A stretch of 64,000 nt of DNA from IMG/VR virus record IMGVR_UViG_3300005546_000003, positions 9,617 to 73,616 of that record; one strand, written 5' to 3'. Positions 1 through 8,165 of this stretch are shown in pieces (positions within the stretch are counted from its first letter, which is position 1; every line of letters begins with the position of its first letter). The DNA is from a virus (taxonomy: Duplodnaviria > Caudoviricetes). Made by a program: the position numbers and the translations under genes. Below the pieces are notes generated by a model. That model made no database searches. It was not told the origin of the DNA and was given only the letters and a program-made list of their open reading frames with translations.

Positions 1-215
1 CTCTGGGCCGGACTCATTTCATCATAAGCATCCACCAAGCGCCTGAGCTGGTCATCTCGGTGAGAGCCCAGCCTAGCCATAGCCACCGCAGCTTCTCGAC
101 CTCCTACGCCCCTAAAGGCATAATCTAGCGTTCCAGCTACCTCTAGTCGCTTGAGGGCTCGGTCTCTTTTACGCCCCTGGCTTGCAAGCGCATCTGCTCT
201 TGTTCTTGTTCCCAT
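1..215 (-). CDS. hypothetical protein, 3'-partial (runs off window start)
   Basis: Open frame from ATG at 215 (MGTRTRADALASQGRKRDRALKRLEV...DEMSPAQ) with no stop before position 1; overlaps 143..364. Confidence 0.35.
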   Translation of the reverse strand, partial: MGTRTRADALASQGRKRDRALKRLEVAGTLDYAFRGVGGREAAVAMARLGSHRDDQLRRLVDAYDEMSPAQ

Positions 216-364
216 AGGAGTTCGTCGTCTATGTAGCTAATGTGGTCTGCGCCCCAGAGCTTTTCCGGCGGATTCGGCACAACTGGGGGTGGAAGGGTGC
301 GCTCTAGTACGGCTACGAGAGCTTCTAGGACTTCGGCTAGACGTTGGGTTTCTGGACTTACCAT
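143..364 (-). CDS. hypothetical protein
   Basis: 73-aa ORF in a tightly packed minus-strand run. Confidence 0.5.
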   Translation of the reverse strand: MVSPETQRLAEVLEALVAVLERTLPPPVVPNPPEKLWGADHISYIDDELLWEQEQEQMRLQARGVKETEPSSD

Positions 365-720
365 GAGTTTATATTAAAGACCCTTGATGGGGAATCACGC
401 CAGTTATCACCAATACCTAACTGTATTAGCTCTGTTTGAACTGGATAATCTTGATGCTTCACCCCAGTTCGACCATAAAACTTATCTATTTTAGCCCTCA
501 ATTCTGGAGTTTGCACCACAAATGAATACTTATCCCCAACCTGAACCCTGTAATTATTGTCGATTGGCCGAGAGTTTGGGTCAATCTCTGGTGCTACTCC
601 AACCTTGAAAGGACTGGGAATAATTGAGGTCTGCCACGCTAGGGCTAGCCCGAGTGCTGCTGAGCCTAGCCATTTCCCAAAGGTTCGTCTATTCAAATTT
701 GTTGACTCTGATTGGCTCAC
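358..720 (-). CDS. hypothetical protein with N-terminal signal/TM segment
   Basis: RRTFGKWLGSAALGLALAW resembles a twin-arginine/signal-like N-terminus; overlaps neighbours. Confidence 0.55.
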   Translation of the reverse strand: MSQSESTNLNRRTFGKWLGSAALGLALAWQTSIIPSPFKVGVAPEIDPNSRPIDNNYRVQVGDKYSFVVQTPELRAKIDKFYGRTGVKHQDYPVQTELIQLGIGDNWRDSPSRVFNINSW

Positions 721-1136
721 TCAGTTCCAGCCCTTCTAGTATAGCAGCGCACTGTATGAAATTCATCATATCCACCACAATATCCACACGAAACTCCGTA
801 TAGAGGTTGTTTACGTCCCAGTTCATAGTAATTTCGGATGTGTTCTGCTGGCTTAAAGGGCTCGAAATTAGCCCTGAACAGTCCCATTGAAGCTGCAGCG
901 TACATCTCTAGAAGCTCTTCTGGGGTTCGGCGAGACTTGAAGTCCCTGCAAGCAGCTTCAACTGCAGTTTCATCTGAAAGATGCTGGTCATTTAATGGAC
1001 CCCCAAGAAATGCCAAATTTGACGGCCAGTGGGGTTTAAGATAAGCTTGTGGGGGCTTACCATACAGCTTAATTGCAACTTTTACTAGTTTATCAGCAAT
1101 TCTAGCTTTCAAATTTATTAGCTTTAACTGGCTCAC
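717..1136 (-). CDS. hypothetical protein with C-terminal CxxC/HxxxC motif
   Basis: 139 aa, CGYC...HTVRC; coupled to flanking ORFs. Confidence 0.55.
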   Translation of the reverse strand: MSQLKLINLKARIADKLVKVAIKLYGKPPQAYLKPHWPSNLAFLGGPLNDQHLSDETAVEAACRDFKSRRTPEELLEMYAAASMGLFRANFEPFKPAEHIRNYYELGRKQPLYGVSCGYCGGYDEFHTVRCYTRRAGTE

Positions 1137-1611
1137 CGTCGTCTCCTAAGGTTGGCTCAAGCGCAGCAGCAGGTTCAATTCCTCTAGCTCTAGCTCCCTT
1201 GCCAACGGTTATTCTAGCTACCGGCCCCCTCTTTCTCTCCCCATCTACCAATTGCCCACTATCGCTCCGCTGCGTTTCCAATACCGGCAGCTCATGCTCA
1301 ATTCTCATAGCATCGGGCGCGGTGGCTTGGGTTTCGCCTAGCTTTCGGCTGACTCGAATGCTTTGTTTGACTGGGGTGGTTTTGGGGTCAGGATCATCCC
1401 CTAATAGTCTCTCTAGCTTAATCTTAGCCTCATTATCCATAGGATAAGAGCTAATTGTGAGCTCTAGGTCAAAACTAGCGGTTGGAAAGGTCAAATGCGC
1501 TTGAAGCAGCTGGTTGTTATCTAGCTGGGCTTTGAAATCGTCTAGGATGATCTTCTTAAGTTCGGCCCCGTCAAGAGGATAGAACAATTTTGTAGTTGCA
1601 ATACTTGTCAT
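1102..1611 (-). CDS. hypothetical protein
   Basis: 169-aa ORF in operon-like run. Confidence 0.6.
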   Translation of the reverse strand: MTSIATTKLFYPLDGAELKKIILDDFKAQLDNNQLLQAHLTFPTASFDLELTISSYPMDNEAKIKLERLLGDDPDPKTTPVKQSIRVSRKLGETQATAPDAMRIEHELPVLETQRSDSGQLVDGERKRGPVARITVGKGARARGIEPAAALEPTLGDDGEPVKANKFES

Positions 1612-1615
1612 AATC

Positions 1616-1861
1616 TTACCAATTTGGTTCCTCTGGGTGGACTGGACTAGCTAGCTCAACTGCCATTCGGGCTTTCATCTCGTCTAGAATCTCTTGACCT
1701 CGCTTGGTATAGCTCTCTAGCGCGAGTACTAGCACTCCAGTTTCAACATGGGCTACCTTTAGCCAACATCCTTTAAGTGGAATGGATTCGCCTACCCTAA
1801 ATTCCCCTATAACTCGGGCCCCTTGGCTGGTATATTCTGGTCTTTTAGCTCGCTTGGTCAT
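1616..1861 (-). CDS. hypothetical protein
   Basis: 81-aa ORF, packed spacing. Confidence 0.55.
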   Translation of the reverse strand: MTKRAKRPEYTSQGARVIGEFRVGESIPLKGCWLKVAHVETGVLVLALESYTKRGQEILDEMKARMAVELASPVHPEEPNW

Positions 1862-2183
1862 AATAGAACTGCTCCCGCGCTACAGGGTCTCTCAAATTGG
1901 CCTCATAGAGCTTGAGCAAGCCTTCCAGCCTGTCTCCAGTTGGTAAACTGCCCTCACGGGCCAACCAACCGTAAACAGACCTACCTGAGCACCCTAACTG
2001 GCGGGCAAAAATCTCTGGACTCAGCCCTAAGCTCTCGTAAACTACCTTCACAAAATCCAAACACCAAGCTCGACGCTCTTTATTTAGATATTGAGGGTCA
2101 AAAATAGCCTTGATTTGCCTAGTTTCGGGCCAATTAGCTAGCTTGGGCAGGCTCTGGGCTGGATTTGGGGGTCTCTTGGGCAT
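1845..2183 (-). CDS. XRE/Cro-like helix-turn-helix protein
   Basis: LSPEIFARQLGCSGRSVYGWLAREGSLP fits an HTH pattern. Confidence 0.55.
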   Translation of the reverse strand: MPKRPPNPAQSLPKLANWPETRQIKAIFDPQYLNKERRAWCLDFVKVVYESLGLSPEIFARQLGCSGRSVYGWLAREGSLPTGDRLEGLLKLYEANLRDPVAREQFYYDQAS

Positions 2184-2622
2184 CTTTTGGTCTAAAAATC
2201 ACTATCATACTAGGAAATGGAGCTGAACTAGGAGCACCTACGAACTTTAGTCTGCCTCGAATGAACCTGATTTCCCCATATGGGAGACAAAAATCATGGA
2301 ACCACTTGGTATCAGTGCGAGCCGGGAGGAGACAAACTGTTGGGGCTCCGTTTTGGCTCTCATTGTAAGCTTTTTCTACCCATTTGCCAATTTCTCTCCC
2401 ATATGGGGGGTTGAGCCAAACATACGAATCCTCTGGCATCAGCCCCCAAGCCTTCTCTAGTGCCCCCTCGCTGTAGTAATTGGCAAGCTTGTGGTTCTGC
2501 TCATTTGCAGCAGCATCTAGCTCAAAGTGAAACTCCCTGTCGAGCTCATCCCAGAGCTCCTGTGGAGTCTCCCAATCATCTCGATTGGAGCTGAACATGG
2601 CTTTTTGGGTTGCTGGGGTCAT
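2134..2622 (-). CDS. phage DNA N6-adenine methyltransferase (small phage Dam-like family)
   Basis: DDWETPQ, FELDAAA, VWLNPPYG, LLPARTDTKWFH, IRFIRGRLKF, APFPS motifs. Confidence 0.9.
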   Translation of the reverse strand: MTPATQKAMFSSNRDDWETPQELWDELDREFHFELDAAANEQNHKLANYYSEGALEKAWGLMPEDSYVWLNPPYGREIGKWVEKAYNESQNGAPTVCLLPARTDTKWFHDFCLPYGEIRFIRGRLKFVGAPSSAPFPSMIVIFRPKDAQETPKSSPEPAQAS

Positions 2623-2633
2623 GATATAAAAGT

Positions 2634-2727
2634 TTGTCTAAGGAACCAGCAAACTGAGGCATTTTACCTATACCCCCGAAGGGGCTTCGAGTCGAACGAA
2701 GTATCTCAGTTCTTCACCATTAGACAA
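2634..2727 (-). ncRNA. Y-RNA-like ncRNA (Y5), remote from Ro60
   Basis: TTGTCTAA/TTAGACAA terminal stem; TGGTGAAG...GATACTTC...GTTCC consensus shared with 9919-10642 elements; internal T-arm CTTCG-TTCGACT-CGAAG. Confidence 0.75.
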
Positions 2728-2801
2728 GAGGTCAAGTCAGCAGAAGCTAGTAGCCCTTTGGAACGCTTTCTGCTCGTTACCGGCTGCACGACTCTATAAA
2801 T

Positions 2802-3008
2802 TTAAGCAAATCCAGCCAAAAACTTAATCAAAACCAGCACCGCGATTACAATAACAACCGCGATGGCATATTTCTGAAACGGCTCTGGCGCAAAGGTGAT
2901 AATGAGCCAATAAAGCAGCGAAAGCACTATTAGAAATATTAGTACTGGGATTATCAGCGAGGTCAAGCCAGCCATGCTGGAGCCTGCTAGAAGGGTTAAG
3001 AGTAACAT
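2802..3008 (-). CDS. small membrane protein (2-3 TM)
   Basis: 68 aa, almost entirely hydrophobic. Confidence 0.65.
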   Translation of the reverse strand: MLLLTLLAGSSMAGLTSLIIPVLIFLIVLSLLYWLIITFAPEPFQKYAIAVVIVIAVLVLIKFLAGFA

Positions 3009-3014
3009 TTTGGG

Positions 3015-3176
3015 TTATTTTCCTCGTTTGTGTTTATTGGCCTCAATAGCCCTTAGTTGAGCCTCGGCTTTTTCTTTGCTTTGGGGCTTTTTGCTAAAGG
3101 TCTTGTTGGAGTTCTCTTTCTTGACCTTGTAGCCCCCTGGAACTTTTACTACGGTTGCAGTTGAAGTATGATTCAT
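3015..3176 (-). CDS. small basic protein (53 aa; not in ORF track)
   Basis: MNHTSTATVVKVPGGYKVKK...AEAQLRAIEANKHKRGK; SD GAGGAG upstream, directly behind promoter 3213-3241. Confidence 0.65.
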   Translation of the reverse strand: MNHTSTATVVKVPGGYKVKKENSNKTFSKKPQSKEKAEAQLRAIEANKHKRGK

Positions 3177-3212
3177 TTCTCTCCTCTACAGGCGATTGCC
3201 AGTCAAGGATGG

Positions 3213-3241
3213 ACTATATCACCTTTTTTTCGCAATGTCAA
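3213..3241 (-). promoter_or_regulatory. sigma70-type promoter
   Basis: TTGACA-17-TATAGT with extended -10 TG. Confidence 0.75.
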
Positions 3242-3256
3242 CTGCAAAGATGAGCT

Positions 3257-4225
3257 TTAGTCCCCTACTCGCTGTGCAATAAGTTTACAATACTCTGGAT
3301 TGAGCTCTATTAAGATGGAGTTTCGTTCTAGTTGCTTAGCTACCACCCCAACCGTCCCAGAACCTGCAAAAGGGTCTAATACAGAATCCCCTTGATTGCT
3401 TCCAGCTAGAATGCAGGGCGCTACTAAATTCTCAGGAAATGTGGCAAAATGAGCCCCCTTGTATGGTTTGGTTGGAATTGTCCAAACAGTTCTAGCATTT
3501 CTACCCCGCTCCTCAAATCCACCCACTACTAATCTGTCCTTATTGTCCCCCCGGGCTTTGACGCTATGATATGGTAAATTGGCCTTATAAGGAGCTTTCT
3601 GCTCATATACACGGCCAGCCCGTAAACGCTGCCGGTATCGTGCATCGCTAGATGGAGAATATGGCTCAAATTGTTGATTAAATAGGTACTTTGGGCTTTT
3701 TGTTAGCAAAAACACGTATTCATGAGCCATTGTAAACCGATCTCTTACTGAACTTGGCATCACATTAGGTTTGTGCCAAATAATGTCATTCCGCAGGTAC
3801 CATCCATCAGCTTGCAGAGCTAGGGCTACCCGCCAGGGAATGCCAACTAAGTCTTTTGGTTTCAGCGTGTTGTGATGTGGAATCCTGATGGCTTGTCGGT
3901 TAACCCCAAAATTAGCTCCTTTATTGGTATTTTGCTTCTGACTCAATTCATAAGTGCCGCCAGAACCTTTTCTGGAGCCAAAGTAGCTATCCCCAAGATT
4001 TAGCCACACAGTGCCAGAATCAGTAAGTTTCTCACCAATAGCCGCAAACAGCTCTACCAAACGCTCAACATATACTTCTGGTGTTTCCTCGTGCCCAATC
4101 TGACCGTTCACGCCATAATCCCGCAGTCCCCAATATGGAGGGCTGGTTATACAGCACTGAACCGATAAGTTGGGAATTTTGGAGACTTCTGCTATTGCAT
4201 CCCCGCAAATAATAGTGGTTGTCAT
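3257..4225 (-). CDS. site-specific DNA methyltransferase, beta class (N4-C/N6-A)
   Basis: ITSPPYWGLRDY near N-terminus, DPFAGSGT near C-terminus; start moved to MTTTIICGD (ATG 4225), downstream of promoter. Confidence 0.9.
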   Translation of the reverse strand: MTTTIICGDAIAEVSKIPNLSVQCCITSPPYWGLRDYGVNGQIGHEETPEVYVERLVELFAAIGEKLTDSGTVWLNLGDSYFGSRKGSGGTYELSQKQNTNKGANFGVNRQAIRIPHHNTLKPKDLVGIPWRVALALQADGWYLRNDIIWHKPNVMPSSVRDRFTMAHEYVFLLTKSPKYLFNQQFEPYSPSSDARYRQRLRAGRVYEQKAPYKANLPYHSVKARGDNKDRLVVGGFEERGRNARTVWTIPTKPYKGAHFATFPENLVAPCILAGSNQGDSVLDPFAGSGTVGVVAKQLERNSILIELNPEYCKLIAQRVGD

Positions 4226-4234
4226 TTGATGGTC

Positions 4235-4264
4235 ACAATACCACGAACCCCTTATTTTTGTCAA
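4235..4264 (-). promoter_or_regulatory. sigma70-type promoter, near-leaderless for the methyltransferase
   Basis: TTGACA-18-TATTGT with TG; ATG 10 nt after -10; no SD. Confidence 0.6.
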
Positions 4265-4745
4265 ATTCACAAAAAAAAATATCCCCCAAGTCCGGTAACT
4301 TTACCACACCCCCGTGTGCGCCCCCGCGACAACTAGAGCTACTATGAGACTATGAGCGCCCAGGCAGGTGAGCCCCCGAGAGCTAAGGCCTTTAGATGGA
4401 GTAGTTAAGTCTAGTGTCGGGGGCTCAGCCCCACTCCCCCAAACCTACGTGGATGGGTGTATGGTGTATTACACCTATGTACTGATTCAGTACAGTCTGT
4501 ATCTCAATCTCAGTCTCTCTATTTGTGCGACTACTCATATACCTAATGTAAAGCTTTAACTATTTATCAACAACTTATGGAATACAATATAGAGTATACT
4601 ATATTTAAGTATATACAAGATGTAGAAAGGTGTTACTAAAAGTGACACTTCGAGGGGTGTATTACTGTCTCAAAAGCATACATGCACCGAGGTTAGGTGT
4701 AGTGGAGTTGTGTTGGGGAAACAGGTCTTGGGTGGTCAATTTGAC

Positions 4746-4774
4746 TTGACTTTGGGTGTATTCTAGTGTATACT
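4746..4774 (+). promoter_or_regulatory. sigma70-type promoter, leaderless for 4782 ORF
   Basis: TTGACT-17-TATACT; ATG at 4782; no SD. Confidence 0.7.
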
Positions 4775-4781
4775 GCAATAC

Positions 4782-5213
4782 ATGAAAGACAAACTCACCA
4801 AGAGACTTTACGATAAGAACCTCTACAGAACAAGCTGGAAGCGTAGATTCACGATAATGCTAGAGAGAGCACAGAATAGGTCTAAGAAGCGCAATCACCC
4901 ACAGGTTACTCTTACCATAAGAGACCTTTTAGAGCTACTTAAAGCTCAGGATAACAAAGACTTCTACACTGGTAGAGAGTTAGATTTAACTCAAGTAGGC
5001 AACGAACAAGCTGTATCGCTAGATAGGTTGGATTCTACTAAGCCTTACGAGAAAGGGAATGTGGTCTTAACTACTTGGGGCATCAATAAGGCCAAGCAAC
5101 GATTGAGTGTTGAGGAATTTGTTGAACAATGCAAAGAGGTTATTGAACACAAGAGACCTGACCTTAGTTCGTTGCTAATTGTTGAAAGGGAAACTACTTG
5201 GGCTTTTGATTAG
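4782..5213 (+). CDS. HNH/His-Me finger-like endonuclease
   Basis: FYTG...SLDRLDSTKPYEKGNVVLTTWGINKAK pattern typical of phage HNH-like proteins. Confidence 0.65.
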   Translation: MKDKLTKRLYDKNLYRTSWKRRFTIMLERAQNRSKKRNHPQVTLTIRDLLELLKAQDNKDFYTGRELDLTQVGNEQAVSLDRLDSTKPYEKGNVVLTTWGINKAKQRLSVEEFVEQCKEVIEHKRPDLSSLLIVERETTWAFD

Positions 5214-5293
5214 CTCTCATGCCCGCAGGTGCGGAAAGGATTTTGTGGCACGCCGTTTGCGTCCAGCGGCACTAAGCGGCCTGGAATCAGCGG

Positions 5294-5464
5294 TTTGCGG
5301 ATTTTTGCCCGAAATTTTGGACTTTCTTGCGATTTTTGGTCCAAATTTTCGGATTTTGGCCGTCGATTTTCGCCACGCAATCGCCGTGCCAATGCGGTTT
5401 TTGTTGGCGTTTTTGCGATTTTTGGCGCTGTGGCACGGCCTTTGCCCTTGTTCGCCCCGCTTTT
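5294..5464. repeat. helically phased T-tract array (predicted bent DNA)
   Basis: T3-5 runs at ~5295,5304,5316,5324,5335,5347,5355,5368,5400,5412,5421,5442,5452,5462 in GC-rich background. Confidence 0.65.
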
Positions 5465-5556
5465 CGGCGCTAGCCCAAAACGGCCTTCGGGCCACAAGTT
5501 TGGGCAAGGGCGCTATATAAAGACCGTGCGGGTCTAAAACGCAAGGGAGAATGATT

Positions 5557-5997
5557 ATGGCAAATGAAAAGAGCACGCCCGCAGGAACAAATGCAGCGGG
5601 CAAGACCATTCGCAAGGTGCTGAGCGGGATTAACCTCGGCAGCGCGGCCGCGAGAGAGACCGTGCAGAGCGATGGAAGGCCGCAAGCGACAGGCTTGCTA
5701 GTCGAGGCAGGAGCAACATTTGAGGCCCCAAGCAAGGGCTTTCTGGTCTTCATGCCGGAATACGCGACCCAGAGCGAAGATCAGGCAGAGACAGGGAATT
5801 TCACGCTCGGAAGCTCAATCGGTTCCCGGCCTGTGCGGGCACTCGATGGCGGTCAGCCCGTGATGGTCAAGGATGGCGACGCAGACACGCACAAGGTGCT
5901 ATTCACGTGCAGCGTCTACGCCGCGAATATCGACGCGCTCAAGGCCAAAGCCGCCGCGAGAAAGGCGCTCAAGGCAGGGCAGGCGAAAGCCGCCTAA
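5557..5997 (+). CDS. hypothetical protein (Ala/Lys-rich C-terminus)
   Basis: SD AAGGGAG 7 nt before ATG 5557; GC-rich coding style. Confidence 0.7.
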   Translation: MANEKSTPAGTNAAGKTIRKVLSGINLGSAAARETVQSDGRPQATGLLVEAGATFEAPSKGFLVFMPEYATQSEDQAETGNFTLGSSIGSRPVRALDGGQPVMVKDGDADTHKVLFTCSVYAANIDALKAKAAARKALKAGQAKAA

Positions 5998-6185
5998 TCG
6001 CATGGGCGGTTAGATTCACACGCATCATGCGCCTGCACTCTCACGGGTGTGGGCGCATAGGTGTGCCTAACGGGCGGGCGGGTAGCGCGTCAGGTATGCG
6101 CCTAGGTGTGTGCGGGTGTGAGCTGGCTTTAGACTCTTAGCATAGCAATTTTAGTGGTGGAGCTTAGCAAAAAGGAGCCCATATA

Positions 6186-6407
6186 GTGCCATTGAGCCAA
6201 CAAGAGTGGTTGGAAAGCCAATGCCCCCGATGTGAGGGATGTAATGAATATGTAACTCAAGGTTGCATCATCCAGCGCATGTTTTATTGCACTAAATGCG
6301 CTGATGGGCTTAAGCAGCAAGCTAGTGAGAGTTATGCTAACCTACCACGCAATGAGCAAGGCAAGGTTATTGCGAGAAACCCTAAGGAGGAGACAACTCA
6401 TGACTAA
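6186..6407 (+). CDS. small zinc-finger protein
   Basis: CPRC...CTKC. Confidence 0.55.
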   Translation: MPLSQQEWLESQCPRCEGCNEYVTQGCIIQRMFYCTKCADGLKQQASESYANLPRNEQGKVIARNPKEETTHD

Positions 6408-6507
6408 ACGCTTAGGTTTTGAACTCGAATGGTATAGAAGGCCATTGCAGGTGTTTCTGTTTTTAGGCTTCGGGCCAAGTCCGAGCTGGATTCTCAAACT
6501 CTGGTAG
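6400..6507 (+). CDS. mini-protein, 35 aa
   Basis: AAGGAGGAGACAACTC-ATG; MTKRLGFELEWYRRPLQVFLFLGFGPSPSWILKLW. Confidence 0.5.
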   Translation: MTKRLGFELEWYRRPLQVFLFLGFGPSPSWILKLW

Positions 6508-6519
6508 AGGAGACAATCC

Positions 6520-6648
6520 ATGACAACTCAACAGATTAACGAACTCATAGTCTGGTGGCGAATGGCTAATAATATTCGCGCTGGTCGTTTCTATGCGCAT
6601 GTGGGCTGGAGATTAAGTCAGCCCCAGTATTGGACTTGCCCAAACTGA
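6520..6648 (+). CDS. mini-protein, 42 aa
   Basis: GAGGAGACAATCC-ATG; MTTQQINELIVWWRMANN...WTCPN. Confidence 0.5.
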   Translation: MTTQQINELIVWWRMANNIRAGRFYAHVGWRLSQPQYWTCPN

Positions 6649-6661
6649 AGGAGACAACCTA

Positions 6662-6922
6662 GTGCCAAAACTCAATAATTGGTCAATAGGCCATCACCCA
6701 AGAGATGCTTATCTGCCCCCTGAGTGTAGGACTAGGCATTTGAGTGGAACTCTAGCTAGAAATTATAAGCGGTGGAAAGCTGGAGACAGCATAACAACGT
6801 CGCGCATAGTTTCTATTTCAAATGGCGTGGTTACTACAAGGTCAGGAAGTAAATATCGGCTAGGGAAGCCTAGTGCGGATTATTTGAAAGCTTTTCCAGA
6901 AGCAATAAAACTGCTGAAATGA
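6662..6922 (+). CDS. phage hypothetical protein
   Basis: SD AAGGAG; LNNWS...GDSITTSRIV...VTTRSGSKYRLG resembles a recurrent phage small-protein pattern. Confidence 0.65.
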   Translation: MPKLNNWSIGHHPRDAYLPPECRTRHLSGTLARNYKRWKAGDSITTSRIVSISNGVVTTRSGSKYRLGKPSADYLKAFPEAIKLLK

Positions 6923-6935
6923 AAGGACTTCTATA

Positions 6936-7484
6936 GTGCCGAAAGAACCCCTCGATCTCGATACCCTAGACCCAATGAAGCTAGCCAGAGCTCTTGGGCG
7001 ATGGACTAAGATCAGAGAAAGCCTAGATATGGCGCTACATTACAAAAGCGACATTCAGGCTAGCTGCCGGTTGCATGGCATGAGGTTGATGGAGTGCTAT
7101 CATTGTTCTGGGAGCAGGGAGATAGCTAAGGAAATTGCAACCGTGGATAAGAAGCTCCGAGGGATTAGGTTCCTATTGCGCTTATGTAAGGTTAGTGAGG
7201 AAACGGGGAATAACAGTGCAGCTAGCATAATGGACGAGATGGCTTTTGAAGCTAAGCTGGCTAAGATAATAGCTAAGGTCAATTCAACTCCAACAACCGA
7301 GCAGAGAAGCTATAGCGCAATGGATAGGGGGAATAAGAGGCCGATAGCTGCTAAGGTGCGAGCTGTTCATACGAGTAAGCGTGGGCAGGTGAACTATAAC
7401 GAGCTTGGGGCTGGAAGGTATAATACGGTTATTAATTGGGGCCGGAAGTTCAATCCTGCGACTGGGGGTTATGAGAAGATATAA
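6936..7484 (+). CDS. hypothetical protein
   Basis: 182 aa, SD AAAGGA, CYHC motif. Confidence 0.65.
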   Translation: MPKEPLDLDTLDPMKLARALGRWTKIRESLDMALHYKSDIQASCRLHGMRLMECYHCSGSREIAKEIATVDKKLRGIRFLLRLCKVSEETGNNSAASIMDEMAFEAKLAKIIAKVNSTPTTEQRSYSAMDRGNKRPIAAKVRAVHTSKRGQVNYNELGAGRYNTVINWGRKFNPATGGYEKI

Positions 7485-7753
7485 TGCCATGCTATGATGA
7501 TAGAGACTCGCCATCAAATGTGCGGGCAGAATCTCAAGCACAAATTGACAAGCTAACCAGATTGCTCTGTGAGGCTTGCCTGACCATTACCAACGTAGAG
7601 AATAAAGCAATTTGCAGCGTTGAGCTGCGAGAGTGGTGGGCCAATCATCAGAAAATCGACAAGAAGCGCAAGCAAGAGGAACGGCAAGCTAAGAGAGGCA
7701 TAATAGTTATGGCTGAACTAACTAAAGCAGAAAGAGAGGCTCTAGGCTTGTAG
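7484..7753 (+). CDS. phage hypothetical protein
   Basis: MPCYD...LTRLLCEAC...EWWANHQKID; TAATG overlap. Confidence 0.65.
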   Translation: MPCYDDRDSPSNVRAESQAQIDKLTRLLCEACLTITNVENKAICSVELREWWANHQKIDKKRKQEERQAKRGIIVMAELTKAEREALGL

Positions 7754-8165
7754 CTAGTTTTCTCTGTTCTCAAACCCCTAACTCTACAAGAGCTATGACA
7801 ATTTAGTCAGGCAAGGCATAAGATGGAATCGCCTTGGCTCAGGGTAGGGGTTTGAGATGAGGGAAAAGCTAAGCTATAGCAGGGTTAGGGAAGGTTGGCT
7901 AATTGGGCAACTGGTAATCTTGCTTAGGGATTAAGCCAGAGAACAATCTTAGTCCTAGTGCAATGCTAGGGAGTGAGAATGAAGCTCAGCTTAATTGCTG
8001 GCCCTGGGTGGCTGCGGTAGGAGTGAGCGGGGGTTTTGAGTAGCAAATACAGACCAGCCCTAGCTCTAGGTTTGAGCTTGCACCTAATACAGCTGCCAGC
8101 CTAATCAAGCTCCTGCTGTTCGGGCTGCCTGGGGCTTGTATATTTGAGGGAGGAGCGGAGGAAAA

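Noticed and set aside
5179-5753. Several overlapping 95-178 aa ORFs on both strands
   Set aside because: They run through the phased T-tract and GC-rich region, have low-complexity translations and no SD; better explained as non-coding or antisense shadows
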